From: Podarcis cretensis | Lineage: Eukaryota | DNA length: 64,000 nucleotides | Assembly (NCBI GenBank): GCA_951804945.1 | Contig: OX638149.1 | Coordinates: 86,428,001-86,492,000, forward strand | Direction: 5' to 3' | Shown: positions 41,801 through 56,100 of the stretch, piece after piece | Position numbering within the stretch: the first letter of the stretch is position 1 | How the letters are laid out: every line of letters starts with the position of its first letter | Program-made: the position numbers and the translations under genes | Notes under the pieces: generated by a model | The model's database searches: none | What the model saw: the letters and a program-made list of their open reading frames with translations, nothing else | What the model was told of the DNA's origin: nothing

Positions 41801-44800
41801 ATCAATGAACAAATGAAAAGCACAACTATAGTTATTCCCCCATAGCTGTCTGTCTTCATGTCACAGCTACTTAACCACCTGTTAGGTGGGTTGTTCCCTA
41901 GCATTTTTAAAAAACCACCTGAAAGTGCTCTATCGATGTTGTGCCTTTTCCCTTTCTGACTTAAAGGAAAATGCATCGTGCATGTCTGCTGATAGTAGCT
42001 TTCTGTCCACACATGCTTGTGCAGGTTATCGGCCTTGTGACCCAAAGGTGATACAGGATCGGGTGAACCACCTGCAGCTGTGTCATCGAGAGCTGATGGC
42101 TTTGGCTGCGGAAAGGAAAGCTCGCCTGGAGCAGTCCAAGCGCCTTTGGAAATTCTTTTGGGAACTGGATGAAGCTGAAAGCTGGATCAAAGAGAAAGAT
42201 CAGATCTATTCCTCCCTGGATTATGGGAAAGACCTGACCAGTGTTCTCATCTTGCAGAGGAAACACAAGGCTTTCGAGGATGAGCTGCGCGTTCAGGAAA
42301 CCCACCTGCAGCACACCATCAAAGAGGGAGAAGCTATGATTGCTCAAAATCATTTTGGTGCGCTTAAAATCCGCAGACGGACTGAGGAAGTGAAAGCCCT
42401 CTGGGCCCAGCTGCAGGAACTGGCAGCTTTCCACAAGAAAAACTTGCAGGATGCTGAGAGCTTCTTCCAGTTCCAGGTTGATGCGGATGACTTGATGGCC
42501 TGGCTGCAAGATGCCCATCGTCTGGTGTCGAGTGAGGATGTGGGGCACGATGAATATTCCACTCTAGCCCTTGTTAAAAAGCACAGGGACCTTTTAGATG
42601 ATGTAGCAGACAACAAGAGAGTCATGTACAACCTGAACAGGCAAGCACAGAACTTCCCCACGGAGTTCCGGGATGATCCAGGATTTGAGAACAGACTGAA
42701 GGCCATCCAGGCAATGTACAATGAAGTTGTGTCCCTAGCAGATCTGCGTAGGCAGAAGCTGCAGGATGCCTTGGATCTCTACAAAGTTTTCAGTGAGACA
42801 GATGCATGTGAGCTTTGGATGAGTGAGAAGGAGAAGTGGTTGGAACAAATGGAGATTCCTGATACCTTGGAGGACCTGGATGTTGTGCAACACAGGTAAA
42901 TGTCTGAGATTGTTCCCTGGGCAGTGTATGTTCGATGTTTGGAACATTTGTCTCAAACTAAGCAAGTTAAGGGTGTGGAGGGAGTGCTTCATACATTAAC
43001 TGGGACAATTAAGGAGCAACTGCAGGATCTACAGTAATTGTGGAACACGTTTTTGTGGGTTACAGTCCACTTTGTAAAGAACTACACATTACCCTGGCAA
43101 ACATGATTTCTTATGCATGAAATGACCTCAAAAATATAGCACTAAAGTGCAGATGAAGGGCTTAATTCAAGGTTCAGTGTGTCAGGCCTAGACCTTAGCA
43201 GCCTGAACCTCCTCCATTGTCTTCCTGTATTGAAATACTGTACTATATGAAGATAGACTGGAAGCAAAATTACCATGTATGCAAGACTCAGGGCCACAAG
43301 GGCATGGGGAAAGGCTTTTTACTCTGGATTTCCTTTCCCCTGGTGACCTACCAATACCTGAGTTTAGGTGTTTTTTGAATGTGGCATGAGATGTGGCATA
43401 ATTAAATTGGGTTTTGGAGGAATAGGACAAAGACAACACATTCAAAGTAGGACTTTAGAAGTTATCCACCGTGCATCTTGAGTTTTCAATTAATTAACTG
43501 ATCTTGATTTCAGGTTTGATATTCTGGAGCAAGAAATGAACAACCTGGCTTCTCAGATTGAAGGGGTCAATCAAGCTGCCTTTGGACTAATAGAAAGTGG
43601 GCATCCACGCAGTGTGAGTGTGAGGCAGTGTCAGCAGCGTCTGAATGCCAGGTAAGTTCCCCTTAAAAGGACCAAAACAGATGCATGAAAAAGAAGGACC
43701 TAAAGAAAAGATCTCTGCTGCATTCAATGCAATGATTCTTTCTTTCATTCATTTTGCTCTGCTTCTTTTAGATGGAAAGTCTTCCAGGAGATGGTAGCTC
43801 AGAGGCGGAAAGCTGTGGACTTTGCCCTTAGCCTCCACAATTACTGTGTGGATTGCGAGGAGACAAGGAAATGGATCCTGGAAAAAACCAGTGTCATCGA
43901 ATCTACGCAGGACCTTGGCAAAAACCTGGCAGGCATGATTGCCATGCAGAGGAAGTTATATGGCATTGAGCGTGACCTAGCAGCTATCCAAGCCCGGCTT
44001 GCATCCCTGCAGCAGGAAGCACACCGGTTAGCTGAAGAGCACCCTGACCTAGCTGACGACATCTACTGTCGACTGACAGCTGTCACTGGAGTCTGGCTGG
44101 ACCTGCAGAATACGTTGCAGAGCCAGGAGGCCTCTCTCGGAGAAGCCAGCAAGCTGCACAAATTCTTGCAGGACTTAGATGACTTCCAGGCATGGCTCTT
44201 CAAGGCCCAAAAAGCTGTTGCTTCAGAAGAGGTGCCCAACTCACTGGTAGAAGCTGAGCACCTCCTGCAGCAGCATGCTGCCATTAAGGAAGAAATTGAT
44301 CAACACAAGGATGATTACCACAGTGTCAAGGAGATAGGAGACAGAGTGACCCAAGGACAGACAGATGTTGAGTATCAGCAGCTAGAGCAGCGGCTTCAGG
44401 GCATGGATACAGGCTGGAATGCCTTATGTAAAATGTGGGATAGCAGGGAGAAATTCCTCAACAAGTGTCTTGGCTTCCAGGAATTTCTTAAAGATGCAAA
44501 GCAAGTGGAAATCATTCTTACTAATCAGGTATGGCAGCAGGGAACATGCATCTTATAACTTTTATGTATGTTACATCAGTGTCTCAAGATTGCATCCTGG
44601 TGCTTAAGTGTCGTAAGTGTTGCGCTCGACAGAGAAGCAGTAGTGGAATTTGCCATCTGAGCACTTGCATGTCTTACGAAGCTTGTCAGCTGGCATGTGG
44701 CAGCCACAGAAAAATCCTGCCCATGCTGTGCACTCTCTCCTGTACAGGAGCTGCATTTCAGCACATATTGAGAAATATTGGAGAAACAAGTCTTCCTGAT

Positions 44801-47800
44801 GCATGCTGAAAGCCGAATCCTGTGCTTAGCGGCAAGTTGATAGAAGCAGTTTGCAAAAGCTGGGCTCTATTTTATGCAGGCATTTCAAGTGCTTTCTCTT
44901 TAGCTGACATGCATATGATGGCTGCAGTGTGCCAAACTAACATGCAGACTGTTGTGGACTAGAATTGGCTTTAGGCTTTGCAGAAAAGAGTTGTTGTTTT
45001 TTAACTTCCTGTGCTGTTTTTCTGAGTAATTGACTTGTTTTCTTCCACAATAACTGCTTTAGGAATACACTCTGGCTCACATCGAGCCCCCGGACACCTT
45101 GGAAGCATCAGTGGCTGCTATCCGAAAATTTGAAGATTTCCTTGCTACTATGGAAGCAAACGAGGAAAAAGTTACAGGGCTGGTGGCCAGTGGGAACAAG
45201 CTGGTGGCTGAAGGAAATATTTACTCTGATAAAATCAAGGAGAAAGTGCAGCTGATTCAAGAGAGGTAATTTTCGTAGAATAGTTTCAACGGGACAGCTC
45301 AGGACTATTGCTCACATTACAAGATACAAAAAAATAATTAAAAAAATGTCCAGTAGCACCTTAGAGACCAACTAAGGATGTTCTTGGTATAAGCTTTTGT
45401 GTGCATGCACACTTCTTTAGATACACTGAAAAGTTGCTGAATTACAACTTATCACTAAACTGAAAGTTATGGAGAAAACTGGTCTTAATAGAGATATTGG
45501 ATTCCTGTCTCATTGCATATGCTAATCATCTGCATACTATCCCTTGCTTTTTCCTGTAGGACTAATTGCAGTCGTTAACAGTCATCAACAGGTTTACCAT
45601 ACCCATTGAGTCAATCACCCATCTACTACCCTCCTGAGAAAAACCCCACCCTCCCACCATATATAAGGGTCTAGTGGCTTCTGTTTCAGTGCATCTGAAG
45701 AAGTGTGTGGAAGGGGGGTGGGGAGAGAGAAAGGGAGAGATTTGGTTATCTCTTCAAACAGAGCAAAACCATCACCCAGATTTTTGTTCTGAGGCAATAA
45801 TAGCCCAAAACAAGAGATGCATATGAGGAGATCTGGGGAGGCCTTTTCTGAGCTGCAAACCCATCCCTCCCCACAAGTCCTATTAAAAAGGAAAATTCAT
45901 ACATCTTTAACCAGGATAATAAAAGACAAGCATGACAACAGTCTGAGCTTGCAGCTCCAAACTGAAAGCTGCCATTTGAGGAGGAGCAAAAATGTAGTTA
46001 AGGCAGGGATGGAGAAGTCAGTTTACTTGCTTTCACTATTGTGCTGTGCCCTGTTTACCTTGCAGTGATTACTGTATAGAATCATAGAATTGAAGAGTTG
46101 GAAAGGGACCCCAAGGGTCATCTAGTCCAACCCCTGGGAATGCAGGAATCTTTTGCTCAATGTGGGGCTCAAACCCACGACCCTTAGATTAAGTGTCTCA
46201 TGCTCGGTCGACCGAGCTGTCCCATTTCTAGCCTACATAGCAGCATTCTGTTTTTGACCACATGCAAGGCTTGAGCCCCATTGATGTGTGATTCTTATTT
46301 TCTGCCTCTGTGCTTGAGATATGGAATGATTCAGGAGTTTAGGAAGCAGCTCATCTAGCTCAGTTTTGACTATGCTGACTGGCAGTGGCTCTCCAGGGCT
46401 GCAGGCAGGGAGTCTCTCCCAGCTCTACCTGGGGAGATGTCAGGGGTTACACCTGAGACCTTTTGCATGCAAAGCAGCTGGTTCTACCACTGAGCTACAG
46501 CCCTTCCCTAAAGGGCTGTCATTGGAAATCTACAGTGCGCAGCTGCTTTACACACATACAGACAAGTGTAGCAGGGTTCTCTGGGTTGCTGGGACCAGTG
46601 TGTTATGATACTAACTAAGCCAGTGGTTTTCACTGTGGCACCCTGGGGTGCCTTGAATGATGGTCAGGGATGCCACGGGCAACATTGGCCTCTGCCCCTC
46701 TTTCCTTCCCTCCCTCCTCTGATGCCCTCTCGCGTCTCAGCCTACCAATGGTTGCAACAGCCCTGGGTATAAGCTCCGCAGGTGAATGGCACCTCTGGGA
46801 GGCACCTCCATTTGGGGTGGGGACTCAGAGACCAGGGAAGGCAGCAGCAGCTGCCCAGAGGACTACCAAGGAGGTGGAGAGGAGAGGAGGTTGAGGGAAC
46901 ACTCCACAAGGGAGGGAGTTTGAAAGAGGGAGAGAGGCTGCCAGCTCTGCAGAGAAGGGGTGCAACCTGAGCCCCACAAGGTTGCAGCAGAAAGAATGTA
47001 GTTGCTTAAGAGACCCGTGCACTCAAAAAGGTTGAAAACCTCTGAGCTAAGCTATTGGACAATTGGGAGGAAGGGCAGGATATAAATTGAATAAATAATA
47101 GCCATTTAAGAATGGCGCTACTGTATTGTTGTTTCTAGGTACAATAGAAACACTGCAAAATCTCAAGAGGCCTTGGTGCTGCTGAAGGACAATCATGAGC
47201 TGCGGAACTTCCTACAGAATTGCCAGGAGGTAAGGATGCCAGGCCTACTGCTCCTGCTACCAATCTAAGGTGCATCTGCATTTATCCTTCTTCTCCAAAT
47301 GGTGGTTATAACTTTGGATTATGCCAGCAGTAAATACTTCTCACTGCACCTTTCAGTTCCTAGAATCATAGAATTGTAGCGTTGGAAGGGACCCTGAGGG
47401 ACATCTAGTCCAGCCTCCCACAATGCAGGAATCTCAACTAAATCATACATGACAGATGGCCATCCAACCTCTGCTTGAAAACCTCCAGTGAAGGAGAGTC
47501 CACCACCTCTCATGGGAGTCCATTCCATTGTCAAACAGCTCTTACTGTCAAAAAGTTATTCCTGATGTTCAGTCGGAAACTCTTTTCTTGTAACTTGAAT
47601 CCATTGGTTAAGGTCCTAGCCTCTGGAGCAGGAAAAATAAATTCCACATCTCAGCCCTATGATTCCAAGTACTTCAGAGAAGCACAATCAGTCATTAAAA
47701 AGTGGCTGAAATAAAGTGGGTGGGTGGGGAGAGAATTAAGTAAGAATATGAACAAAACAGTCTTGAGTTTGTTTAGCTAATTATTTTACCCGCATTTATC

Positions 47801-50800
47801 ACTTAGCTTCAAGTACTAGCAAAATGTTAAGGGAGTTTGGCAAAAGCCTATAACCTTCCTTTGCAGTAATTAACTTCCTTTGTTTGCAGCTTACTATCTG
47901 GATTGATGAGAAGATGCTCACAGCGCAAGACATATCCTACGATGAAGCCCGGAACCTGCACAGCAAATGGTTGAAGCACCAGTCTTTCATGGCAGAACTT
48001 GTTTCTAACCAAGGATGGCTAGAGAATGTAGATGAGGTAAGTTCTTGCAAGACTTGGAGTAGTGTGACATCTCTCCCAGCTCTTTTCTCCCATTGTCTCT
48101 ATACCTTAGTGACTCCTGATATTTCGGAGCATTATCCTGTCCTCATCCAGCCACCAGCTAATGTTGTGTTGCCTGCAACCACTTGGAGCACTGCATGTAG
48201 TTGACTACAAAGACCCATCTTATTCCAACCCTGTATTTCTTACTCTGTATATTCTTGATGAGAAATAGATGGCCTTCCTCTTAGCCAGTCCTTTGCTCTG
48301 ACAAGTGCTTCCATGTCTTCCCCCCATCCCCTCTCTCTTTTCTCCAGGAAGGGCAGAAGCTAGCAGAGCAGAAGCCCCAGTATGAACACATTGTTTGCCA
48401 GAGGCTAGAGGAGCTGCACCGGCTTTGGGACAAGCTGCAAGCAACCACAGATGAGAAGGCTCAGCACCTGTTTGATGCCAACCGCTCTGACCTTTATGCA
48501 CAGAGTTGTGCTGACCTTGATGCATGGATTAGTGAGATGGAGGAGCAGCTGAAATCTGATGCCCAAGGGAAAGATCTCACCAGTGTCAACATCCTACTGA
48601 AGAACCTGAAAGTAAGTCACAGGGGGTGGCATTCGCCGATTAACGAACATGACTAAATTAGGTACATTATTTTCAGTGGGTCTAGTCTGATAAAAACTTA
48701 GTCAAATACCATTTCCAGGGTGGAGGGAGGAGTCGATGCAGATACCCATTGCCGGGGGGAGGGGCGGGATCTGGAAAGTCAGTTCAAAGCCCTGCTGCCA
48801 GGCGGCAGGGGTGGGGGTGGTTATCTGTTAACAATCCCCCTGCCCGCACTAGGGGGTGTGGCAGGGCTGTGTCCAGCTTTTGAACTGCCCCCCTTTTTTT
48901 GCTCCAGAACTTTCCTTGTTAAAACACCTCTTTAAAGTTCATTTGGAGCAAACAGCAATCCACGAAAGCCTGACTTGACATTTGTTCCAATTGAGTGCTA
49001 CAGAGTGGGTTTTTGTGGGGTAAGCTCCAGGGCAAAAAAACACACCAAACCAACAAGCACTCAGACACAGAGCTTAGGACGTGTGCCTGGAAAGACCTTA
49101 GATACTGCAATAATCCCTTTTCACCCTGATTCCAGTGTATTCTTTCACCTTTGCCATCAGAACAGGGGCTCTCCATTTTTTGCTGAGACTACCATTTTCT
49201 TACCCCTCACAAAGAAAGACCCAACCCTCCTCAATTACTCTTTCCATGATGGTTCTCTTCAAGTCTCTCCAGTCTCAGGTGTGAATAAAAAGGGTGTCCT
49301 TGTTTTTCTAGGAAATGAAATGGGAAAGTCAGGCTGGAAATTTGTAAATATGTCACCAAGCCCAAAGCCTATGCCCCCAAAAATATAAATTTTGACAAGA
49401 GGGCTGAGTTAATAGAGGCTTTCTAATTTCAGCGACTAGATGAGCAAGTAAGTGTGAGGAAGAAAGAGATGGAAGACTTGCTGTCTCACGCCCCTTCAAC
49501 CAGAGGAGACCTGCATGAAGCAGATGGCAAGCATGAGATCATTGAGAGAAGGTTCCAGGATCTTCTGCAGCCATTGGATAAGAGGAGGAAGGAGCTGGAG
49601 ACAACCAAGGCTCGATACCAGTTGGACCGGGATCTGGAAGATGAACTGGTGAGCTATCATCTGAATGTGCCATTAGGAAGGACTTCTAGTCAACCTTATT
49701 ACTTTAATTTAGAGGGCAGGGGGCTCTGTTACAGTACAACTGGTCCCCATGAGACACATAGGCAGTCTGTGTTAGATAAACAGAGTAATGCAGTTGTACC
49801 TTGGAAGTCGAATGGAATCCGTTCTGGAAGTCCATTCAACTTCCAAAACGTTCCAAAACCAAACTGAGGCTTCTGATTGGCTACAGGAAGCTCCTGCAGC
49901 CAATCAAAAGATGTGAAAGCCCCATCGGACATTCAGGTTCCAGAAGAAAGCTCACAAACCAGAACCATCACTTCCGGGTTGCGGTGTTCAGGAGCCAAAA
50001 CGTCTGAGTTCCAGGATGTTCAGGATCCAATATACAAGTGTTACTTCATCCCCCACCCACCCCATTTGTGTACACATATATAGCCTGACTTCTCTGTACC
50101 TGCACTTTAGTAATTCTTCTGTATTCCAGCTTTGGGTACAAGAGCGATTGCCCCTTGCTCAGTCCACTGACCATGGCACAAACCTCCTGTCAGTACAGAT
50201 GCTTACGAAGAAAATGCAGGTGAGTCTGTCCACCACCTCTGAGTTTTGTCGTCCCATCCCTCACGCCAATTTAATTTAATTGCATTTTGGAATGAACACA
50301 TAGGCTGGCTGGGTGGATTTTGGCTGTGGCTGCAAACATCCAAACGTTCAGTGGTGTCTGTATAATAGCTGTTAGCAAATGGAGTGGGAGGATTTCTCAA
50401 ATATGCATGTACCAGGAGCTCTCCAGCTTTGCCTACTCACCACTCTCTGCCAGATGCCTCATCCCCTTGCCAAGCCTCCTCCCTTTACAGCTTGATTTGA
50501 GAGTGAGGTTGTATGGACGATGCTGCATAAATGGGGACACAGGCAGACCCTAGCCCATGCTAAACTCTGGTGTGTACAAGCCCTGAGTCAAAGGAGTTCC
50601 CTCGGGGTGGGTGAGGATGCAGATAGATGCCAAAGTGCTTCCCTTTGCAGCAGCCTGCAAGACCTGAATATTGCCATCATGTTAGACATTGTTTTCAGTA
50701 GCCCCTATTAATGACTACTCAGTAAATGGGAAGAGCTCCCTTCAAAGAGCTTTCTGATCTTAACCAAACCTCCTTAAAAGTGCCTCTGTCCCTTGCTAGA

Positions 50801-53098
50801 CGCTGCAGAAAGAAATTGCTGGCCATGCCCCACGCATTGAGGACGTCCTTTTCAGAGGGGAGGCCATGCTGGCTGGAGCGGAGGGGGATGGAGACTTCCG
50901 GGATACCGAAGAGCGCCTGAATCAGCTGAGGGATTCCTGGAGCACTTTGCAAGAGGAAACGTCAAAGAGGTTGCAGCGCCTGGAAGAAGCAAGTGAGGCT
51001 CAGCGATATTACTTGGATGCTGGTGAAGCAGAGGCCTGGATAAGTGAGCAGGAGCTCTATATGGGGACTGATGAGAAGCCAAAGGTAAAGGTGCTAATAT
51101 TGCCGGAAGCTGCTGCCACATCCCCAGGTCGGGGTGGGGGGGCAGTGATGGGGCAGCACAGTGAAATGGGATGCGCCACTCCTGGGTTGGCTCCACTCCG
51201 GGGCAGGATAAGATGCCATCAGTAACTGGAGGGGTTTTCTTTTCCTAGGATGAAGAGAGTGGCATTGTGATGCTGAAGAGACTCCTTCGCCAGCAGCGGT
51301 CCATAGAAGAGTACGGGAAAAATATCAAGCAGCTGGCTAGCTGGGCTCAGAAGCTGCTCTCTGCTGGACACCCGGAAGGGTAAGTATGTTTGGCTGCTGT
51401 TTCCCAGTCTCTCAAAGCTTTGGAAGAGAACAGCAAGGAGATTTTTTAAAAAGTTCTGTGGAGCGTGGTATCAACTGACCCATCATAGATCCCATATCTT
51501 GTCATTTGGCTCTCCGGAAACGCAGCCCACTGCATATCTGCTGGATTGTGTCTTTCTTCCTTTGGCGGGCGATATGGCTCAGGCACGTCCTCCTTTGGTG
51601 TTTTTCAGGGAGGAGATAATCCGGCTGCAGGGGCAAGTAGACAAGCAGTATGCAGGCTTGAAAGACCAGTCTGAGGAGCGCAGGCGTAAGCTGGAGCACA
51701 TGTGCCACTTCTTCAAGCTGAAGCGAGAAGTTGATGACCTGGAGCAGTGGATCGCAGAGAGAGATGTAGTGGCATCATCCCCAGAGATGGGCCAAGACCT
51801 CGACCATGTCACTGTGAGCAAGCACTGTCAGAATGTGCATTAGGCAGCCCATTGTGGCCAGGTGTCTTAGTCCCCCATCTCTCTTGAGATGCCAGTTCCA
51901 CTTTAGGGGTATAAGTACCATGTGAATGAGGACAATGGGTGGTGAGTGGTGTTATTTGACTGCACACGGTCATGTGGTGGCCAGATGAAACATTGCTGCT
52001 AGGTGGTACAGGGTGTGTTAAAATTCAATTGCATTTAACATACAGGGAACCCCCGATGTATTGAGGGTTTAACCACTGCACGTTTACAATGGGAAGTTAT
52101 CATTTATTCTTATGCTGGAAGAGTGGCTTGTTAGGGTATGGGAATCAGCCCACATGGCAAAGTTAACTAATGTAATAAGTTGGTGTAAAGGCACAAACAA
52201 ACAAGTAATTGTCTTTTAAGTGGAATAATCTTCTTGTGCAATAAGGCACAAGAAAATAAGTAATCGCATATGCTGTTGCAAACTATTTAGTAATTTAAAG
52301 GATAATTTAATTTTCTTATTTTGTCCTCTTGATTACATATATATTTACATATTCACATTTTTTTCTTTTTTCTTTTTTCTCGTTTACCTGTTAAAATTAT
52401 CCTGTGTTTAATATATCTTTTTGTTTTTACATGTTTAGGCACTATCTTTTTTTTATAACAAAAGACATGCAGCCTGGAGTGCAGAAATCACTATAGTTTT
52501 CTTCAAATATTAAGAAAGTAAAAGTGTGTTGGAGACATGGCGCTGTGTCCGACAACCTTGCCACCTCTACTCCTGACTTTACCACATTCAGCAGCAAGGT
52601 CACAATTGGGCTCGCAAATGTGTTCCCTTGAACATGCTTACCAGCCTCCCTGTCCTTGGGATCATTCAGGCTTCCCAGCCACAGGGGGGACTTGTAAGCA
52701 CGCTCAAGCAAACTTGCTTAGGAGCCCCCTTCAGACCATGTTGCTATGTCTAGTCAGGGACAGGCTGGAGCGCATGGTGCTGTCACTCCAACATACCTGC
52801 ACTTGGCTAATGTCTGAAGAGAGCTTGTGTTATGACAAGAGTGGCTGTTGTAAGCTGTTTTCAGAAAATCAGCCACATTAGTGTGCGGCAGAAAAAACAA
52901 GAAAGAACATTGTGGTACCTTAAAGGCTAACAAATGTCTTATGGCATAAGCTTTCATATGTTGGTAGGCTTTTTCAGTTTTGGGTGACAGCCTGCAACTG
53001 AAAACAACAACACTCTTTTACATCACTATGCAAAATAAAAGAGCCCTACACTCCTTTGCATATGGTTATCCTAGAGAGAAAAAGGATAAAATTGGCAG

Positions 53099-53164
<66 letters not shown>

Positions 53165-56100
53165 TTTCCAAGTAAGTCTCATGTTGTAATTTGGGACTGA
53201 ACATGGGTTCTGGATCTACAGAAAGTGACATTGCATCCATTGTTGAATGAGATTAGACCTCTTAGAATGCTCATGTTCTCTCTGGTTTGTTTCTTGGCTA
53301 GCTACTGCGAGATAAGTTCCGTGACTTCACCCGGGAAACAGGAAACATCGGGCAGGAGCGGGTGGATGGTGTCAATCTCATAATTGAGCAGCTGATTGAT
53401 GCTGGCCACCCGGAAGCTGCCACGATTGCGGAGTTGAAAGATAGTCTGAATGAGAGCTGGGCTGACTTGTTAGAGTTGATTGATACCAGGATACAGCTGC
53501 TGGCTGCCTCCTATGAACTGCACAAGTTCTTCTATGATGGTGGTGAGATCCTGGTTCTCATTGAGGAGAAGCACAAGGAGCTGCCGGAGGAGTTGGGCCG
53601 GGACGTCAACACAGCAGAGTCTTTCCACAGGATGCACACAGCGTTTGAGCGAGACATCCACTTGTTGGGACAGCAGGTAACCACATACCTTACAAGTCTA
53701 TAGCTCACTACTGGACAACATGGGGAACTGTATTGGTATAATCCCTGGTATAGTTCAGAAATATATGTGTTTAAGCACTCCAGGGATGCTTGGCCTTGAC
53801 CTTCCACATTTTTAGTGTCATCTGTGTGTCTTGGCTAAAGGGAAATTGAACAGGTCTATGTGGCGTTTTCCAGATCTGATTGAAGTTAGCATCCTCCCTT
53901 GGAAGACTTTGGAACATTAGGAAAACAGTCTCTTCTGGCTTAACTGGCATTCTTGATTTATTGCGCTACGGAGCCCAAACCAGATTCTCAATGTTTTCGT
54001 TTCCCTATGAAACTGGTCCTTCGTGCTTCCATTTTAAAATTAGGAAACCATGTCTGGGAGAGACTTGCATAGCCAGCATGCTTCCATACTACCGGTATTT
54101 TTGAGCAAGCTTCTGTCGCGTCTAACAAATTCAGGCTGCAAAACAGACGCTTGATGTGGACATCCGAAATAAATTTTCCCCAAAACCAAGACTTTTTGCA
54201 GTAGGGAAAGTGTTGGATAATGATGCAACATTGTCTAATCTCCCCACAGACAGGCTGAATGCCCATTAAACAGGTTTCCTGGAAGTGACTCTGGTCTTAG
54301 GTGTGAAGTGTACGTTCTTGGCTTGCAATATAAAGTTCCCTCTTCTCTGGCAGGTTCAGCATTTCCAGGAGGTGGCGGTACGCCTGCAGGCAGCCTATGC
54401 TGGGGAAAGGGCCGTTGCTATTCAGAAGCAAGAGCAGGAGGTGGTGAAGGCCTGGAAGGCCCTGCTGACTGCCTGTGAGGGGCGGCGGGCTCAGCTGGTT
54501 GACACGGCGGAGAAGTTCCGCTTCTTCAGCATGGTCCGGGACCTCATATCTTGGATGGAGAGTGTGATCCGGCAGATTGAAACACAGGAGAAGCCCAGGT
54601 AACAAGATGGAATGGGAGTGGACTCCCACCCAGCCCCTTTTTTTCTTTTCCCACCCAGATGCTAGAGAAACCATTTGTAGTTCCTGGCATGCTGATGCAA
54701 CCCTTAAGAGCTGCTTACCAAGTTCATAATCTCCCCCCCCCCCTTTTTTTTTTTAAATCAGCCCTGTGAGCTGTAACATTCTGGGAAGCAGCCTGGCTGG
54801 AAGCCAGTTGCACATCACATTTGCTGATTCAGGCTTTGCATGCCTTTGAGACTGGTTTTCAGGAGATCTCCTACAACTTGAGAAAAAGTCCTTGGGCTGA
54901 GGACCGCTTGGGTGTTAGTAACGTTCTGCTGCTTGTTTATTCTTCCATTATTTTCCCCGTTTAAAGGGATGTTTCGTCTGTGGAGCTTCTGATGAAACAC
55001 CACCAGGGCATAAAGTCCGAGATAGACACCAGGCAGAAAAGCTTCACCACTTGCTTTGATCTTGGCAAAGCCCTGCTGCAGCGCAGGCACCATGCTGCTG
55101 ATGAGGTGAGGGCTTCCCAGCACAGGCTTTGTTGTGACAGATGACTAATATATATTAAGCATTAAGCATGGCTGCTCCCCACCTTAGGTTCCTGCGGGTG
55201 TAGATGGAGGCACTGGCTTTCTGGAACGAAAGTGCTTCCTCCTTCAGCCATGAGTCCAGGTGGCATTTATGACAGAGCAGCCCCTCTCCCCCTCTGACAT
55301 TTTCAGCAACCCATTCAGAATTCTATTTAGGGGAAGGAGAGCCTTTTTCACTCTGGGGAATTCTCATGAACACCTGTGACAGATGAGCGGGACGGCCTGC
55401 CTGACAATCATTATGTCATCATATGAGTGACCGGTAGTTTGTCTCATCTACCTGTTAAAATCCCTTATGTGAGTTTCCCAAGCACCTGAGAGCCAGTTGG
55501 GAACCATAGCACACGGGGCATTGCCAGCCCTATGCTTGGCACTTCGGAAAGGGATGAGCATAGGCTGGCAAAGCACTTCTTTCTCCTGCCCGTCAGCTGA
55601 TGGGGAGAGTGGAAGGGGATTCTCCATTGCACAGTGCATGCCTGCAACCTCACGGTGGGGGTGGGGTATGTGCATTGCTCCAAGAGGGGGAAGAGGATCT
55701 GTGGAGGGTGCAAAAAGCATGAATAGGTAGGACAGTTCAGTGCCTACCACATACATGGAGCAAACTCTCATTCAAAGACGGGGTCTGCTGCCATGGCATA
55801 AAACATGGGCCTGAGCTGCTCCCTATTTTGCCTGTGTTTTTTGCTCATGCGCAATAGTTTTAATTGTCCCAAGAAACTACAGAATGAAAAATCCCCACAC
55901 TTCATCTATATTATGTGAATATCTAATAGGCATTCCATGCCTTCTGTCCACAACCCAGCACAGAGGGAAATGTAAGGCACTTAGGTGTGCTTAGCTTTGA
56001 GCATCTGCCCATGTCATCATTGTTGAGTGCGTGCGCTGTCTTAGGGTTTTTTCTGGTAAGAAAGAAAAGCGGGATTCGTGTAAGCATTATACATAGTTAG

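Noticed and set aside
41961-44284. Long minus-strand ORFs over the large exons
   Set aside because: Antisense shadows of SPTB exons with no independent coding signal.
46150-46225. tRNA-Lys(CTT)-like sequence (also near 34535 and 40510)
   Set aside because: Degenerate stems and fused to a CR1-like tail; these are SINE heads, not tRNA genes.
51079-51096. Tandem donors AAG|GTAAAG|GTGCTA
   Set aside because: The second site is weak and would only add two residues; no further support.
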